Positions 22,382 to 34,402 of a stretch of 64,000 nucleotides of DNA are shown piece by piece. Under the pieces are notes generated by a model. It was not told the origin of the DNA and ran no database searches. It was given only the letters and a program-made list of their open reading frames with translations. The position numbers were made by a program, and so were the translations under genes. Origin of the DNA: Paraspadella gotoi (taxonomy: Eukaryota; Animalia; Chaetognatha); NCBI GenBank assembly GCA_051294375.1, contig CM119270.1, forward strand, positions 18,485,382 through 18,549,381, read 5' to 3'. Position 1 is the stretch's first letter; each line of letters starts with the position of its first letter.

Positions 22382-24607
22382 CTTTTTTTTTTTTTTGGCC
22401 AAATGAGGTCACGAGTGTACGAAGCTAAAGTTTCTGCACGCGATCTCGACTCTATCTCTATCAACGCTCCACTCTAATAGCGATCTTGCTGTATCTCTAT
22501 CAACAGCTCTACTCTAATAGCGATCCACTCGATCTCTATCAACGCTCCACTCTAATAGCGATCTCGACTCTATCTCTATCAACTCTGCTACTCTCATAGC
22601 AATCTCGTCTCTATCTCTATCAACGCTCCACTCTAATAGCGATCTCGACTCTATCTCTATCAATGCTCCACTATGACGCTATATAAATCTCACTACTTCT
22701 CTATTCTCACTTTCTGCTATTGACGCTCGCTACTTTTCTCTTCTCTCTTTCCTCTATCAACGCTTTGCTAATTATATTTCTCCCTTCAGTCGAGATTCGA
22801 ATTTCACTCGCGAGACTAAAAAAAAACTAACTAAAAAAAAAACGAATTTAAAAAAAGGAGGAATCATAGGATGACGTCGGGGAAAGGGATTGAAACTCTC
22901 CAAGGTTTCAACCGCATAACCGATGAATAAAATTAGAATTATTATAAAAAAAATTGAAACTAGAGATTAACTTTACGATCGAAAAAGAGCGAGCTGCAGC
23001 GTGGCCCCTGGAGCCCGGATTGTAAAATGCCAATGCCATGAAATTGGTACAACCAATATAAAAATTATCCATCCATTTGATAAATAAGCTATCTTGTCCC
23101 TGACTTTGACAGGCTTTGTGGTTTAAGGCCTCCATCACACTTGCAAGATAATAACATAACAGGTTTCTGCAAGCTTTCACTATGTTTTTCTGATCGCATT
23201 ATGATCACATTCGCAAAAGTAACCGATTGCATTCAGATCGCCATTTCAGATCGCAATACGCATCAATAACTGATCACATTCTGCATCGCATTCAGATAAT
23301 TCAGATCCAGTCACAGCATTAACTGATCTCCTAATCATATTATGATCGCATTCGCATCATCAACTGATTGCATTCGCATCAATTACCATCGCTTTCAGAT
23401 CGCGATTATGATCACATACGCATCAATAACTGATCGCATTCTGATCGCATTCGCAGTATTAACTGATCTCCTTCTAATTGCATTACGATTGCATTCGCAT
23501 TATCAACTGATCGAATTCAGATCGCATTGAATCAGTTACCAATCAAATACAGATTGCATTCAGATCGTATATGCATCAATAACTGATCAAATCTGATCGC
23601 ATTGTAGCATTAACTAATCTCTTTTAATCGCATTATGACCGCATTCGCATTATAAACCTGATCGCATTCGAATCGCATTCGCGATCATCAACTGAATCGC
23701 ATTCGAATCGCATCGCATCATCAATAAATCGCATTCGAATCGCTTTCCTTTCGTCGAGATTCTCAAATTCGTTTCAATCGCGGACCTAAAGCCAATACGG
23801 CTCTCTCTTCTCTCTCTCTCTCTCTCTCTCTCTTCTTCTTCTCTCTCTCTCCTCTCTCATCTCTCTCTCTCTCTCTCTCTCTCTCGTCACCTTCGATCTC
23901 GCCTAAGTCAGTCTCAGCCATCTTCGTCTGTGGAAGAACAGCAAAATGAAGCAAAACTATAAAGAAGTGAGGGAAAATTGGGAAAGAGCCGAAAAGGACG
24001 AATTCGACAGGGGCAAAGAAATATGGGGGAATTCTAGTTTAATCTATTTCTTTCCGTTAAAAAAAAAGGATAAAAAGAAAAAACGAGAAAGATTTTGAGA
24101 AGTACTTAAAGGCGAGCCGTGAACCAAAATGGAGTGAGATGGAGAGAGAGTGAGAGAGAAGAGAGAGAAGAGAGATAGAAAGAGAGGGGGGCGAGAGGGA
24201 GAAGAGAGAGAGGAGAAACGAAAGAGAGAGAGAAGAGAGAGAGAGTATATAAAGCTAGAAAAAAAAGTTATAACGTATTACAGTATTACGTATCCAGCTA
24301 CTAATCTCTTAATCTCCCCTACAACATTGCGTCATCATTCAATCGCGCGGAATCACTCCGACGGGTCCCGAAACTCGACCAAACTCCGACCAAACTCACT
24401 TCAAGAACGGAGAATTCTCTCGCCATAAACCGATAAAAAAAAAAAAACAAAAAAACCGAATTTCATTCATAACACTTATTTTACTACGAATTATATTACC
24501 TCGATTAACCAGATCTGGATATGTTTTTGGAAAAAGCGTTAGAAGAAAAAAAAAGAGGGAAATAACGAAATAATATCGAGTAAGATTTTGATTTTAAAAC
24601 TATATAT
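22382..24607 (+). repeat. 2.2 kb direct duplication, copy 1 (copy 2 at ~26282-28575)
   Basis: Both copies run from T-run+gccaaatgaggtcacgag to gattttgattttaaaactatata and differ mainly by small indels. Confidence 0.92.
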
Positions 24608-25584
24608 GACGCGATGTACAGTCTCGCTAGAATAAAACTATGCAGTTAAAAAAAAAATTTCATTATTGAATTTTCATTTTTTATTGTTTCTCATCTTAGG
24701 TCATTACTCCGCTGAAATGTTATGTATAAAAATTAATGCAAAATCTTTTAATGCTCTCAAATACAGTTAAATACATAAATGCTGTCAGATTCCAAACTAA
24801 AAAGAAGATTGCGTTTATCTATAATGTGGAACAACATATCTCTTAAAAAACAATGCCAGTCAGGAATCTCTTTTGTTTAAAGCTGTCGTTTGATTATCAA
24901 AAAACTTTAAAATTTGTCTGTCCATCTGTCTGTTCTGTCCGTCTTTTCTCCCATACCTTTAAAGTCTTATTACTTATGTTTGGATAAATCAATTGAGTTG
25001 AAATTTTGTCCGTGATTAAAAAAACTGGTTCATTGAGAACTGCGAATTCAAATTTCAACGGTAATCAGGCTAGTGGAAGTAAGTTTTAATTAGAAAAATA
25101 AAAGATCAATTTGAGTTTATAATTTATTTGTATTTTTTATCGTCGCACATAAATGGCGTCGTCATCGTCGTGTTGTCGAGGTCCTTGAAATTGCGGTGAG
25201 GACAGTTATTAAAATGTTTTGTTACGTTTTATAAAATAAACAAATTTCCTCATTTTATTTATATCTCTCCTCTCTCTCTATTCTCTTTTTCAATTACATA
25301 TAGCTATCTCTCTCTCTCTGCTGATCAGTTTATGTCAGTGAAAAGTGTTTTCTCCTGCTTGCTACTGCTGATTCGTCCGAAAAACATTTGGCCTCTCTCT
25401 CTCTCTCTCGCTAACATCAGGTTTTTATTTCGTGCTTTTTTCTCGTCACTCTTTTTCGTTCAGCAGATCCCGGAACTGATATAATTTATTTGTCGGTCCG
25501 TCGCATCGCCCACTCAATCTTGACGGGCATTCACTTATACATGTCAGAAAACATCAAAATTATGATAAATTATCCAAAAAAAAA

Positions 25585-25905
25585 ACGATGTCCGTCCGTC
25601 CGTCCTACCTTAACAAAAATACAAATTACTCGTGATGGATGGATGGATTGAATGATATTTGTGGTGGGTAGGGGAAGTGTGTGCTTGAGCTGGATATGAA
25701 GTTTTTGATGCGAATCGTCGAGTGGATATGAGTTTTAATGGAAAAAAACAAAAAAATATATTCACTATTTGAACACCAATTACTCATGAGTGGATGGGGA
25801 GCTTGAACTGAAATTTTTTATGTGGCGTAGGAAGCTGTGTAATTAACTGGAAATCAAGTTTCGATGGAATCGTTTTGAGTGAAATGATTTAAATGGAAAA
25901 AACCA
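25585..25905 (+). mobile_element. DINE/HINE-like element: (GTCC)n followed by two ~150 bp central tandem units
   Basis: gtccgtccgtccgtcc at 25589, then two units each starting AATTACTC..TGA..GGATGG and ending AATGGAAAAAA (from 25624 and 25778). Confidence 0.45.
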
Positions 25906-26335
25906 AGACCTGTGTTATACTAATTGATTATGCTTCTTTTTCTTTTTATTTTAAATGTAAATCAACGAGAATTAATAATAAATATTATAATCACGTTAAT
26001 AATCAATTAGTCAATTAATTTATCAATTATTAATTAATCAGTCAATTATCAAAACAAACATTATGGATCAAATTAATTTAATTGCTAAGTAATTAAATAA
26101 TTAACTGAATAAATTAATTATTTAATTAATTAAATAATTAATTAACTTGAATAATTTATTAATTAATTTACCGATAATAACCATGGCAAATCCGACTTGA
26201 AATACAAGATGTATTAAATAAATCCAAATAATTAAATCAGTTATTATTAATCAATTAGTCCCAATTAAAACTCCTCTCTGTTTTTTTTTTTTTTTGCCAA
26301 ATGAGGTCACGAGGTACGAAGCTAAAGTTTCTGCA

Positions 26336-26580
26336 CGCGATCTCGACTCTATCTCTATCAACGCTCCACTCTAATAGCGATCTTGACTGTATCTCTATCA
26401 ACGCTCTACTCTAATAGCGATCTTAACTCGATCTCTATCAACGCTCCACTCTAATAGCGATCTCGACTCTATCTCTATCAACTCTCTACTCTAATAGCAA
26501 TCTCGTCTCTATCTCTATCAACGCTCCACTCTAATAGCGATCTCGACTCTATCTCTATCAATGCTCCACTATCGACGCTA
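26336..26580. repeat. ~40 bp minisatellite x6 (also at 22438-22680)
   Basis: Unit GCGATCTCGACTCTATCTCTATCAACGCTCCACTCTAATA. Confidence 0.9.
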
Positions 26581-27094
26581 TAAACTCTCACTACTTCTCT
26601 ATTCTCACTTTCTGCTATTGACGCTCGCTACTTTTCTCTTCTCTCTTTCCTCTATCAACGCTTGCTAATTATATTTTCTCCCTTCAGTCGAGATTCGAAT
26701 TTCACTCGCGAGACTAAAAAAAAACTAACTAAAAAAAAAAACGAATTTAAAAAAAGGAGGGAATCATAGGATGACGTCGGGGAAAGGGATTGAAACTCTC
26801 CAAGGTTTCAAACCGCATAACCGATGAATAAAATTAGAATTATTATAAAAAAAATTGAAACTAGAGATTAACTTTACGAATCGAAAAAGAGCGAGCGGCA
26901 GCGTGCCCCCTGGAGCCCGGATTGTAAAATGCCAATGCCATGAAATTGGTACAACCAATATAAAAATTATCCATCCATTTGATAAATAAGCTATCTTGTC
27001 CCTGACTTTGGACAGGCTTTGGTGGTTTAAGGCCTCCATCACACTTGCAAGATAATAACATAACAGGTTTCTGCAAGCTTTCACATGTTTTTCT

Positions 27095-27645
27095 GATCGC
27101 ATTATGATCACATTCGCAAAAGTAACCGATTGCATTCAGATCGCATTCAGATCGCATACGCATCAATAACTGATCACATTCTGATCGCATTCAGATAATT
27201 CAGATCGCAGTCACAGCATTAACTGATCTCCTAATCATATTATGATCGCATTCGCATCATCAACTGATTGCATTCGCATCAATTACCAATCGCTTTCAGA
27301 TCGCATTATGATCACATACGCATCAATAACTGATCGCATTCTGATCGCATTCGCAGTATTAACTGATCTCCTTCTAATTGCATTACGATTGCATTCGCAT
27401 TATCAACTGATCGAATTCAGATCGCATTTGAATCAGTTACCAATCAAATACAGATTGCATTCAGATCGTATACGCATCAATAACTGATCACATTCTGATC
27501 GCATTTGTAGCATTAACTAATCTCTTTTTAATCGCATTATGACCGCATTCGCATTATAAACTGATCGCATTCGAATCGCATTCGCATCATCAACTGATCG
27601 CATTCGAATCGCAATCGCATCATCAACTAATCGCATTCGAATCGC
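27095..27645. repeat. degenerate GATCGCATTC satellite with ~32 bp higher-order unit (also at 23190-23745)
   Basis: Recurring gatcgcattc(a/g) and cgcatcaataactgatc. Confidence 0.85.
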
Positions 27646-28647
27646 TTTCCTTTCGTCGAGATTCTGCAAATTCGTTTCAATCGCGGACTAAAGCCAAACG
27701 GCTCTCTCTCTCTCTCTCTCTCTNNNNNNNNNNNNNNNNNNNNNNNNNNNNNNNNNNNNNNNNNNNNNNNNNNNNNNNNNNNNNNNNNNNNNNNNNNNNN
27801 NNNNNNNNNNNNNNNNNNNNNNNNNNNNNNNNNNNNNNNNNNNNNNNNNNNNNNNNNNNNNNNNNNNNNNNNNNNNNNNNNNNNNNNNNNNNNNNNNNNN
27901 NNNNNNNNNNNNNNNNNNNNNNNNNNNNNNNNNNNNNNNNNNNNNNNNNNNNNNNNNNNNNNNNNNNNNNNNNNNNNNNNNNNNNNNNNAAAAAAAAAGG
28001 ATAAAAAGAAAAAACGAGAAAGATTTGGAAGTACTAAAGGAGAGCCGTGAAACAAATGGAGTGAGATGGAGAGAGAGTGAGACGAGAAGAGAGAAAGAGA
28101 GATAGAAAGAGAGGGGGGGGCAGAGAGGAGAGAGAAAGAGAGAAGAGCAGAGAGGAGAAACGAAGAGAGAGAGAGAGAGAGAGAGAGAGCTTATAAAGGC
28201 TAGAAAAAAAAGTTATAACGTATTACAGTATTACGTATCCCAGCTACTAATCTCTTAATCTCCCTACACATTGCGTCATCATTCAATCCGCGGAATCACC
28301 CGACGGTCCCGACTCCGACCAAACTCCGACCAAACTCCGACCAAACTCCGACCAAACTCCGACCAAACTCACTTCAAGAACGAGAATTCTCTCGCATAAA
28401 CGATAAAAAAAACAAAAAAACCGAATGTTTTGTCATCAAAACTTTATTTTACTACGAATTATATTACCTCGATTAACCAGATCTGGATATTTTTTAAAAA
28501 GCGTTGAAGAAAAAAAAAATTGAGGGAAAATAAACGAAAAATAATAATCGAGTAAGATTTTGATTTTAAAACTATATATATATATATATATAATGTCGGT
28601 TTTTTTTTAAACTTTTACACATATTTTCCTTCACTCGAGCCCAAAAA

Positions 28648-28972
28648 GGTCTTGTTTTCCCAAAACGCCCCATTTTATCTTAAATTTTAAATTAGATAAA
28701 TCTTTTTAGTTAAAGATTAGGATGATGGTTAGCGTTAAAGATTAGGTTTAGAATTAGGTTAGTGATTAAGGTTAGGGTCTTGGTTTGAGATTAAGCATTT
28801 AGATTAAGGGTTAGGATTAGAAATTAGAGATAAGGGTTTGGGTTCAGGATTAGGTTAGGGTTAGGATTAGGAATTAGGTTTAAAGATTGGTTAATAAGTT
28901 TAAAAATAAATTTAAGTTAAGATTCAATTCTGGGAACGACGAACAGAAAGGGGCACTCTGGAAAAGAGAGCC
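28648..28972 (+). mobile_element. MITE-like element with degenerate (GGTTAG) core, same family
   Basis: GGTCTTGTTTTCCCAAAACGCCCCATTTTATCTTAAATT...ttagggttagg...AGAAAGGGGCACTCTGGAAAAGAGAGCC. Confidence 0.7.
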
Positions 28973-29111
28973 ATTTACATTTTATCAAAACGCGGCGATG
29001 ACGTAACCCCCAGAGGCCCCCCCCCGCACACCACCCTTCCACAATCAAATCTGTCGACTGTCTCGACGAAAATGAATTTTTTCTACTCTTCCCGCCGAAA
29101 ATTGGGATCAC

Positions 29112-29314
29112 CTCGAACGAGCGGCGGTTGACGGGAATGGCGCTTGGGGAGATTGACGCTGAGACGACGATGCTTGGCGTTGAGACGACGAGGATTGAGC
29201 GCTGAGACGCACTCTGGCGGAGGACGAGGGATTTTTAGACTTCGGACGCGTCGAAGCGGAGGCTAGTAACACGTTTCGATGGCGTGGCACGACGCATCCG
29301 GGAAATCCCGTTTT
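29112..29314 (-). CDS. probable further upstream exon of the SRCIN1/KIAA1217-like gene
   Basis: cgtcag| acceptor and |gtgatc donor; open frame KTGFPGCVVPRHRN...STAARS. Its phase-2 end fits exon 21598-22086. No homology recognised. Confidence 0.45.
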
Positions 29315-29569
29315 CTGACGAGCGGGGAAGGAAATGTGGGAAGCGAAGGGGGGGGGAGAGGGGGGGGGGCGGAAAGGGCGGGGAATTGGTTCCGGAAGGA
29401 AAAGTAACGGCCCATCGAATAAATAAAAACGTTTCTGCGTTTTCGGGACCTTGTTTTCTCTCTCTCTCTCTCTCTCTGTTCTCTCCCTGAAGTTTATTCC
29501 AGCATTTCCCACCCACAAAGTTTCCATTTTGCTCTCACCTTTTCCCTTCTCTCTACCTTCCTTCATCAG

Positions 29570-30360
29570 CTCTAACATTCCTCCCTCCTTTCCTTCCTTT
29601 TCATCCCTTTCCTTCCTCCCTTCCCCTTTCGTCCTCCATCTCTTTCAACCTTTCCTTTTCACCCTTCCCTTCCTCCCTTCCCCCTTTCCTCCTCCATCTC
29701 TTAACCTTTCCTTTTCAACCCCTTCCCTTTCTACCCCCCTTTCCCTCCATCTCTTAACTCTTTCTATTCACCCCTTCCCTCTCCCTACCCCCTTTCTCCC
29801 TCCATCTCTTAACCTTTTTCCTTTTCACCCCTCCCTTTCCTCCCTTCCCCTTTCCTCCTCCATCTCTTAACCTTTCCTTTCACCCTTCCTTTTCCTCCTT
29901 TCCCCTATGCCTCCCTCCATCTCTTAACCTTTCCTTTTTTCACCCCTGTCCCTTTCCTCCCTTCCTCCTCCATCTCTTAACTTTCCTTTTCTACCCCTTC
30001 CCCTTTCTCCCTTCTCCTTTCTCTCTCCATCTCTTAACCTTTCCTTTTCACCCCTTCCTTTTCCTCCCTTTCCCCCTTTCCTCCCTCCATCTCTTAACCT
30101 TTCCTTTCACCCCTTCCCTTTCCTCCTGTCCTCCCTTCATCTCTTAACCTTTCCTTTTAACCCCTTACCCTTTTCCTCCCTTCCCCCTTCCTCCCTCCAT
30201 CTCTTTAACTTTTCCTTTCACCCTTCCCTTTCCCCTCCCTTCCTCCTTTCCTCCCTCCATCTCTTAACCTTTCCTTTCATCCCTTTTCTCTTTCCTTCCC
30301 TCCTCCCCCATTCTCTTTAACCTTTTCCTTTTCATCCCTTCCCTTTCCTCCCCTCCCCAA
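29570..30360. repeat. polypyrimidine minisatellite, ~45-50 bp unit
   Basis: Unit approx. CCCTCCATCTCTTAACCTTTCCTTTTCACCCCTTCCCTTTCCTCC, roughly 15 copies. Confidence 0.88.
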
Positions 30361-30703
30361 CCCACCCTATTCTCACCTTTCCTCCTTATCCCCCTTCCTT
30401 TCCTCCCTTCCGGTCTCCACGCCTCCTTCTCGCCATTTCGGTCCTCGTCTGCCGGAAGTGGTCGGTGGGCGGGATTCGTTCCTCTGAATTCGCCTAAAAA
30501 AACAAAAGAGAAACAAACAATCATAATATTCGTGGTAAGAATGCAAAGAGGACTGAATAATGAAAATGGAATGGAAATATATTGAGCACGTGAAACGCAT
30601 ATATCGGAATACGTAAGACGGATGGAAGACAAGAAATCTGGAAATCTTTTACGATAAATTTAAATGTGGTCAAAAAAGCGATAAATGTAAATTAAGAAAA
30701 CAA

Positions 30704-30788
30704 TTTCTTGAAGAGAGAACAATTGAAGAGAAGAAGAGAACAATTGAAGAGAACAAGAGAACAATTTAAGAGAACAAGAGAACAATTG
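30704..30788. repeat. 21 bp tandem repeat x4
   Basis: AAGAGAACAATTGAAGAGAAC units. Confidence 0.8.
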
Positions 30789-32182
30789 CCAATGATTGAA
30801 ATTTTAAAAAAGTCGATGCTTAAGCTGACGAGACAACCTTTCAAAACATACGAACAAATGAAAAGCAATACTCTGTTCGACACGAGTCTTATTTAAATCC
30901 ACAACGAAAGAAGATTATAAAGAGTTTCTCCTTTCGCCAGACATCGACCCTTTCAAGCAAAACGAAAACACGAAACGAATTTTTTTTTTCTCTTTGACTG
31001 ATTTTCCTGCATTTTTTTCCCCTCCCTTTTCCACTTCGAATGTCACTTTGTTATTTCCCATTTTTTTATCTTTTTTTGTTTTAGAGGCGACATATTTTTT
31101 AAGGGACAATATTGAGGAAAGCTCTCAGTCTCTCTCGGTCTCTCTAGGCCGATAATGAAAAGCGAAAGCGTGACTTGGCACGTTCGCCTGAAAAACGAAA
31201 ACCGAGAATCGAGTTCAAGCCAGAAAAAGCATAAACAAAAAAGACGCGACGACAAAAAAAAAAAAGCAAAAAAAAAGCATGGCTTCCCAATCCCCCATTT
31301 TTAGTTTTTCAAATGGATGTTTTTTGTTTGTTTTTTTTTTTCATTGAATTTTTGTGGCTTCGAGAGTTTTTTCATTTTAGCATATTTTTTTTTATGGTCA
31401 CAGCGGCGATTAAATAAAAAACACTTTTTTTAAAAGTTTATTTAAAAACGAAAGTTAGTGGCTTAATAATTAATCATTAAAACTTTTTTCCACAGAGTTT
31501 AGAGGATTTATAAATACTTAGTTCAAACTTACGTGAATCGGCAAGAGAATCATAATCCATGTAAGCGAGACGTTGTTTGCTTTTTTCGAAAATCCTCTAG
31601 AAAAATATTTTTTTCTTAAATCCGATTCTAAGTAGAAAGAGAAAGAGAAAAATCTCTAGAAAAGAAAACAATTATAAAAAAAAGAAGAGAGAATTTCCGA
31701 TAAAGAAAAAAAGGAGGAAAGGAAAGAAACCTTTTTCTTTTATTTGTTCTTTTTTCTTTTTTTGAAGGAAAAACCGCGCGTTTGAGCTGGAGAGAAAATC
31801 GGGTCGTCAGGCGAAAAAGACGCCGGGAATGCGGCGCCATGAATACGGCGCCGTTCTCCAATTACTGCGCCTCGTGGGATTGATCTACGACAGGCGCTGC
31901 TTTCAACGAATCTCAGATTCGAGACCCAAGGCCTCGAACTCGCGACCTTCGAACTTGGAAAACGAAACGATCGTCCATTGAGCCAAATCAGGACGGTACA
32001 CGCGGCCACACGGGCGATACGAAGGCGGGAGGTAGGAAGGCATGCAAAAAAAGAACTGGCCGCTCGATTCGCCCCCAGGACAAGAAAAACCTCCCTCTCT
32101 CTCTCTCTCTCCTTCTCTCTCTCTCTCTCTCTCTCTCTCCTCTCTCTTCCTCTCTCTTCCCCTTTCTCTATCCTCTCTCTCT

Positions 32183-32219
<37 letters not shown>

Positions 32220-32649
32220 CCTCGGTCTCTCTCTCTCTCGTCTCCATATCTCTCTCTCTTTCCTCCTCTCTCTCTCCTCCTCTTTCACTTCTCCTCTTCC
32301 TTCTTTTCTCTCCTCTCCTTCCCCTCTCTCTCACCTTCTTCCTCTCAGCTTCTCTCTTCCTCAATCCCTCTCTCTCTTTCTCTTTCCTTCCATCTCTCCT
32401 CTTCTCATCTTTCTGTCTTCTCTCTTTCTCTTTCTGTCTCTCTCCCCCTCGGCTCCCTCCTTCCCTTCTCTCCTCCTCGCCCTCCGTCCTCCTCACTGTC
32501 CGTCTCATCTCACCTCCCTCCCTCTGGATTCTCCATCACCCCTACCACGCTTCTCTCCCCTCTCTCTCTTTCTCCTCTCCTCCTCCTCTATCCTTATTTC
32601 CTTTCTCCTCTCTTCCCTCTCCTCTCGCATTCACACCACCCTCTCTCCT

Positions 32650-34210
32650 CAACTTTAAAAACAAGAACAAACGCTTTTTCCAATGTAAAAAGAGATAAAA
32701 AATTTTTAACACACCGGAAAAAACGATATTTTCAAAAGAAAAAAGAAATAAAAACAGTTAAATAACTCATCTCCTCTGGCAAATAACATCATGCGAGGTT
32801 GTTAAATCAATTGGTGATTTGGCAGACAGTTATTAAATAATCTTTTATCTTCAACAAACAAGCAACTTTCACTCTCTTTTATTTTTATGTCTCCTTCTCT
32901 TCTCCTCTTTTCTCCCTCTTCTCCTCCTTCAATTCTTCTTACTGTAGCTTTTCCTCCTCCTCCTACCTTCTTCCTTACATAGATTACCAACGTTATACCC
33001 CATTACCAATCTCTCATCATCTCTCAAACATCATTCATCCCAGACCAGAAACACGGGAACTTTTTTCTTCGCTAAAACTTGATATCTGAAAACTGATAAT
33101 ATATAAACAATATAACAGAAACGATTTTTTCCCAATGTAATTACAAGAATCAAATTCAACTTCTTTCTCTTTCTCATCAAAAAAATACAAACCGGCAGGT
33201 ACTTCCTAGCAACAAATCGATCCGTTTAGTATAGGTTAAGGAGACTTTATACCCATCCGATTAAAAAAGGAAAAATGAGTAAAAAAAAAAATCTATTAAT
33301 CTCACCTTATCAATATAATCTAACATTTCTCCATATTACTCTATAAAGTTTAACCGGAGTTATACATATTCGGCGCTTTATCTCATAAGTAAAAGAATTG
33401 ATAAAATAAAAACGATCGTTAAATATATCCTCAACGCGGCAGAGACGTCGAATCGTTTTCTTTCAATTTATTAGTTTAGATATACTTCCAATCTCATTAA
33501 CTTTAAAAAAAACAGAAAACGGCTTTTTCCAATGTAAACAAGAGATAAATCAATCTTCTAAATTTCAACTTCCCCAGACACTTAAACACGACCCACCGGA
33601 AAACGATATTTTTCAAAAGAAAGAAATAAAAACGTTTTAATAACTTCTTGGGCAAATAACATCATCGAGGTTGTCTTAAAATTTGTGAGGACAGTTATTA
33701 AAAACCCTCTTTTTATCAAAACAACACAAATTTCCTTTCTTTTTTATTTTTATGTCATTCCTTCTCTCTCTCTTTTTTCTCTTTAATTATTAAATTGTAG
33801 CTTTCGTCTCACTCTCAATAGATAAACGTTAAATACACCCAGAAAAACCCCGAACTTTTTTCCTCTGTATAAAAAGATAATGATTTACAAACTTTAAAAA
33901 TCAACCAACAGAACGATTTTTTTCCATATGGGTAAGAGAAAGAAAAATAAAACAAACTATTAAAAAAAACGGCAAACGTATTTTTTTTCCAAATGTAAAA
34001 AGAGTTACAAACACACCAATAAACACGCTACTCTTTCTTCTACTAAAGCTACCAACAAGTTAATAAAAAAAACGGTTAAATACGGACCCCTAAAAATACC
34101 ACATAGCGGCAGACGATATTTTCCACCAAGAGATAACCTTTAAAAACCAAAGAAAAAAACGCTTTTTCCCCAACTGTCAAACAAGAGATAAACCAAATTT
34201 CTAAAACACC
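32650..34210. repeat. degenerate tandem duplication, units starting ~32652, ~33500, ~34138
   Basis: Anchor CTTTAAAAA..AGAA..AACGCTTTTTCC..AATGT..AAGAGATAAA occurs three times; collinear CCGGAAAACGATATTTTCAAAAGAA and GGCAAATAACATCAT.CGAGGTTGT occur twice. Confidence 0.75.
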
Positions 34211-34349
34211 ACACCATTACCCAAAATAAAGACATTCTCGGTCCGTTCTTATCTCCTTATCCTCAAATTTTCAACAGTTCTTGTTATTTTGTGATTTGAT
34301 AAAGTTAACGAAGAGAAGAGAGAGAGGAGAGAGAGGAGGAGGAAAGAAG

Positions 34350-34402
<53 letters not shown>

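Larger units (their letters stand above)
26282..28575 (+). repeat. 2.2 kb direct duplication, copy 2 (contains the 266-N gap at 27724-27989)
   Basis: Collinear with 22382-24607; the CCGACCAAACT unit is present in about 5 copies at 28315-28370 versus about 2 in copy 1. Confidence 0.92.

Noticed and set aside
28715-28895. Interstitial telomere or chromosome fusion site
   Set aside because: The repeats are degenerate and consistently enclosed by the same TIRs, so they belong to a dispersed MITE.
30377-30493. Minus-strand AG/GT-bounded block as the next coding exon of the SRCIN1-like gene
   Set aside because: The phase-0 frame needed to join exon 29112-29314 contains a TAA. It could be a UTR exon or contain an error, so it is not called.
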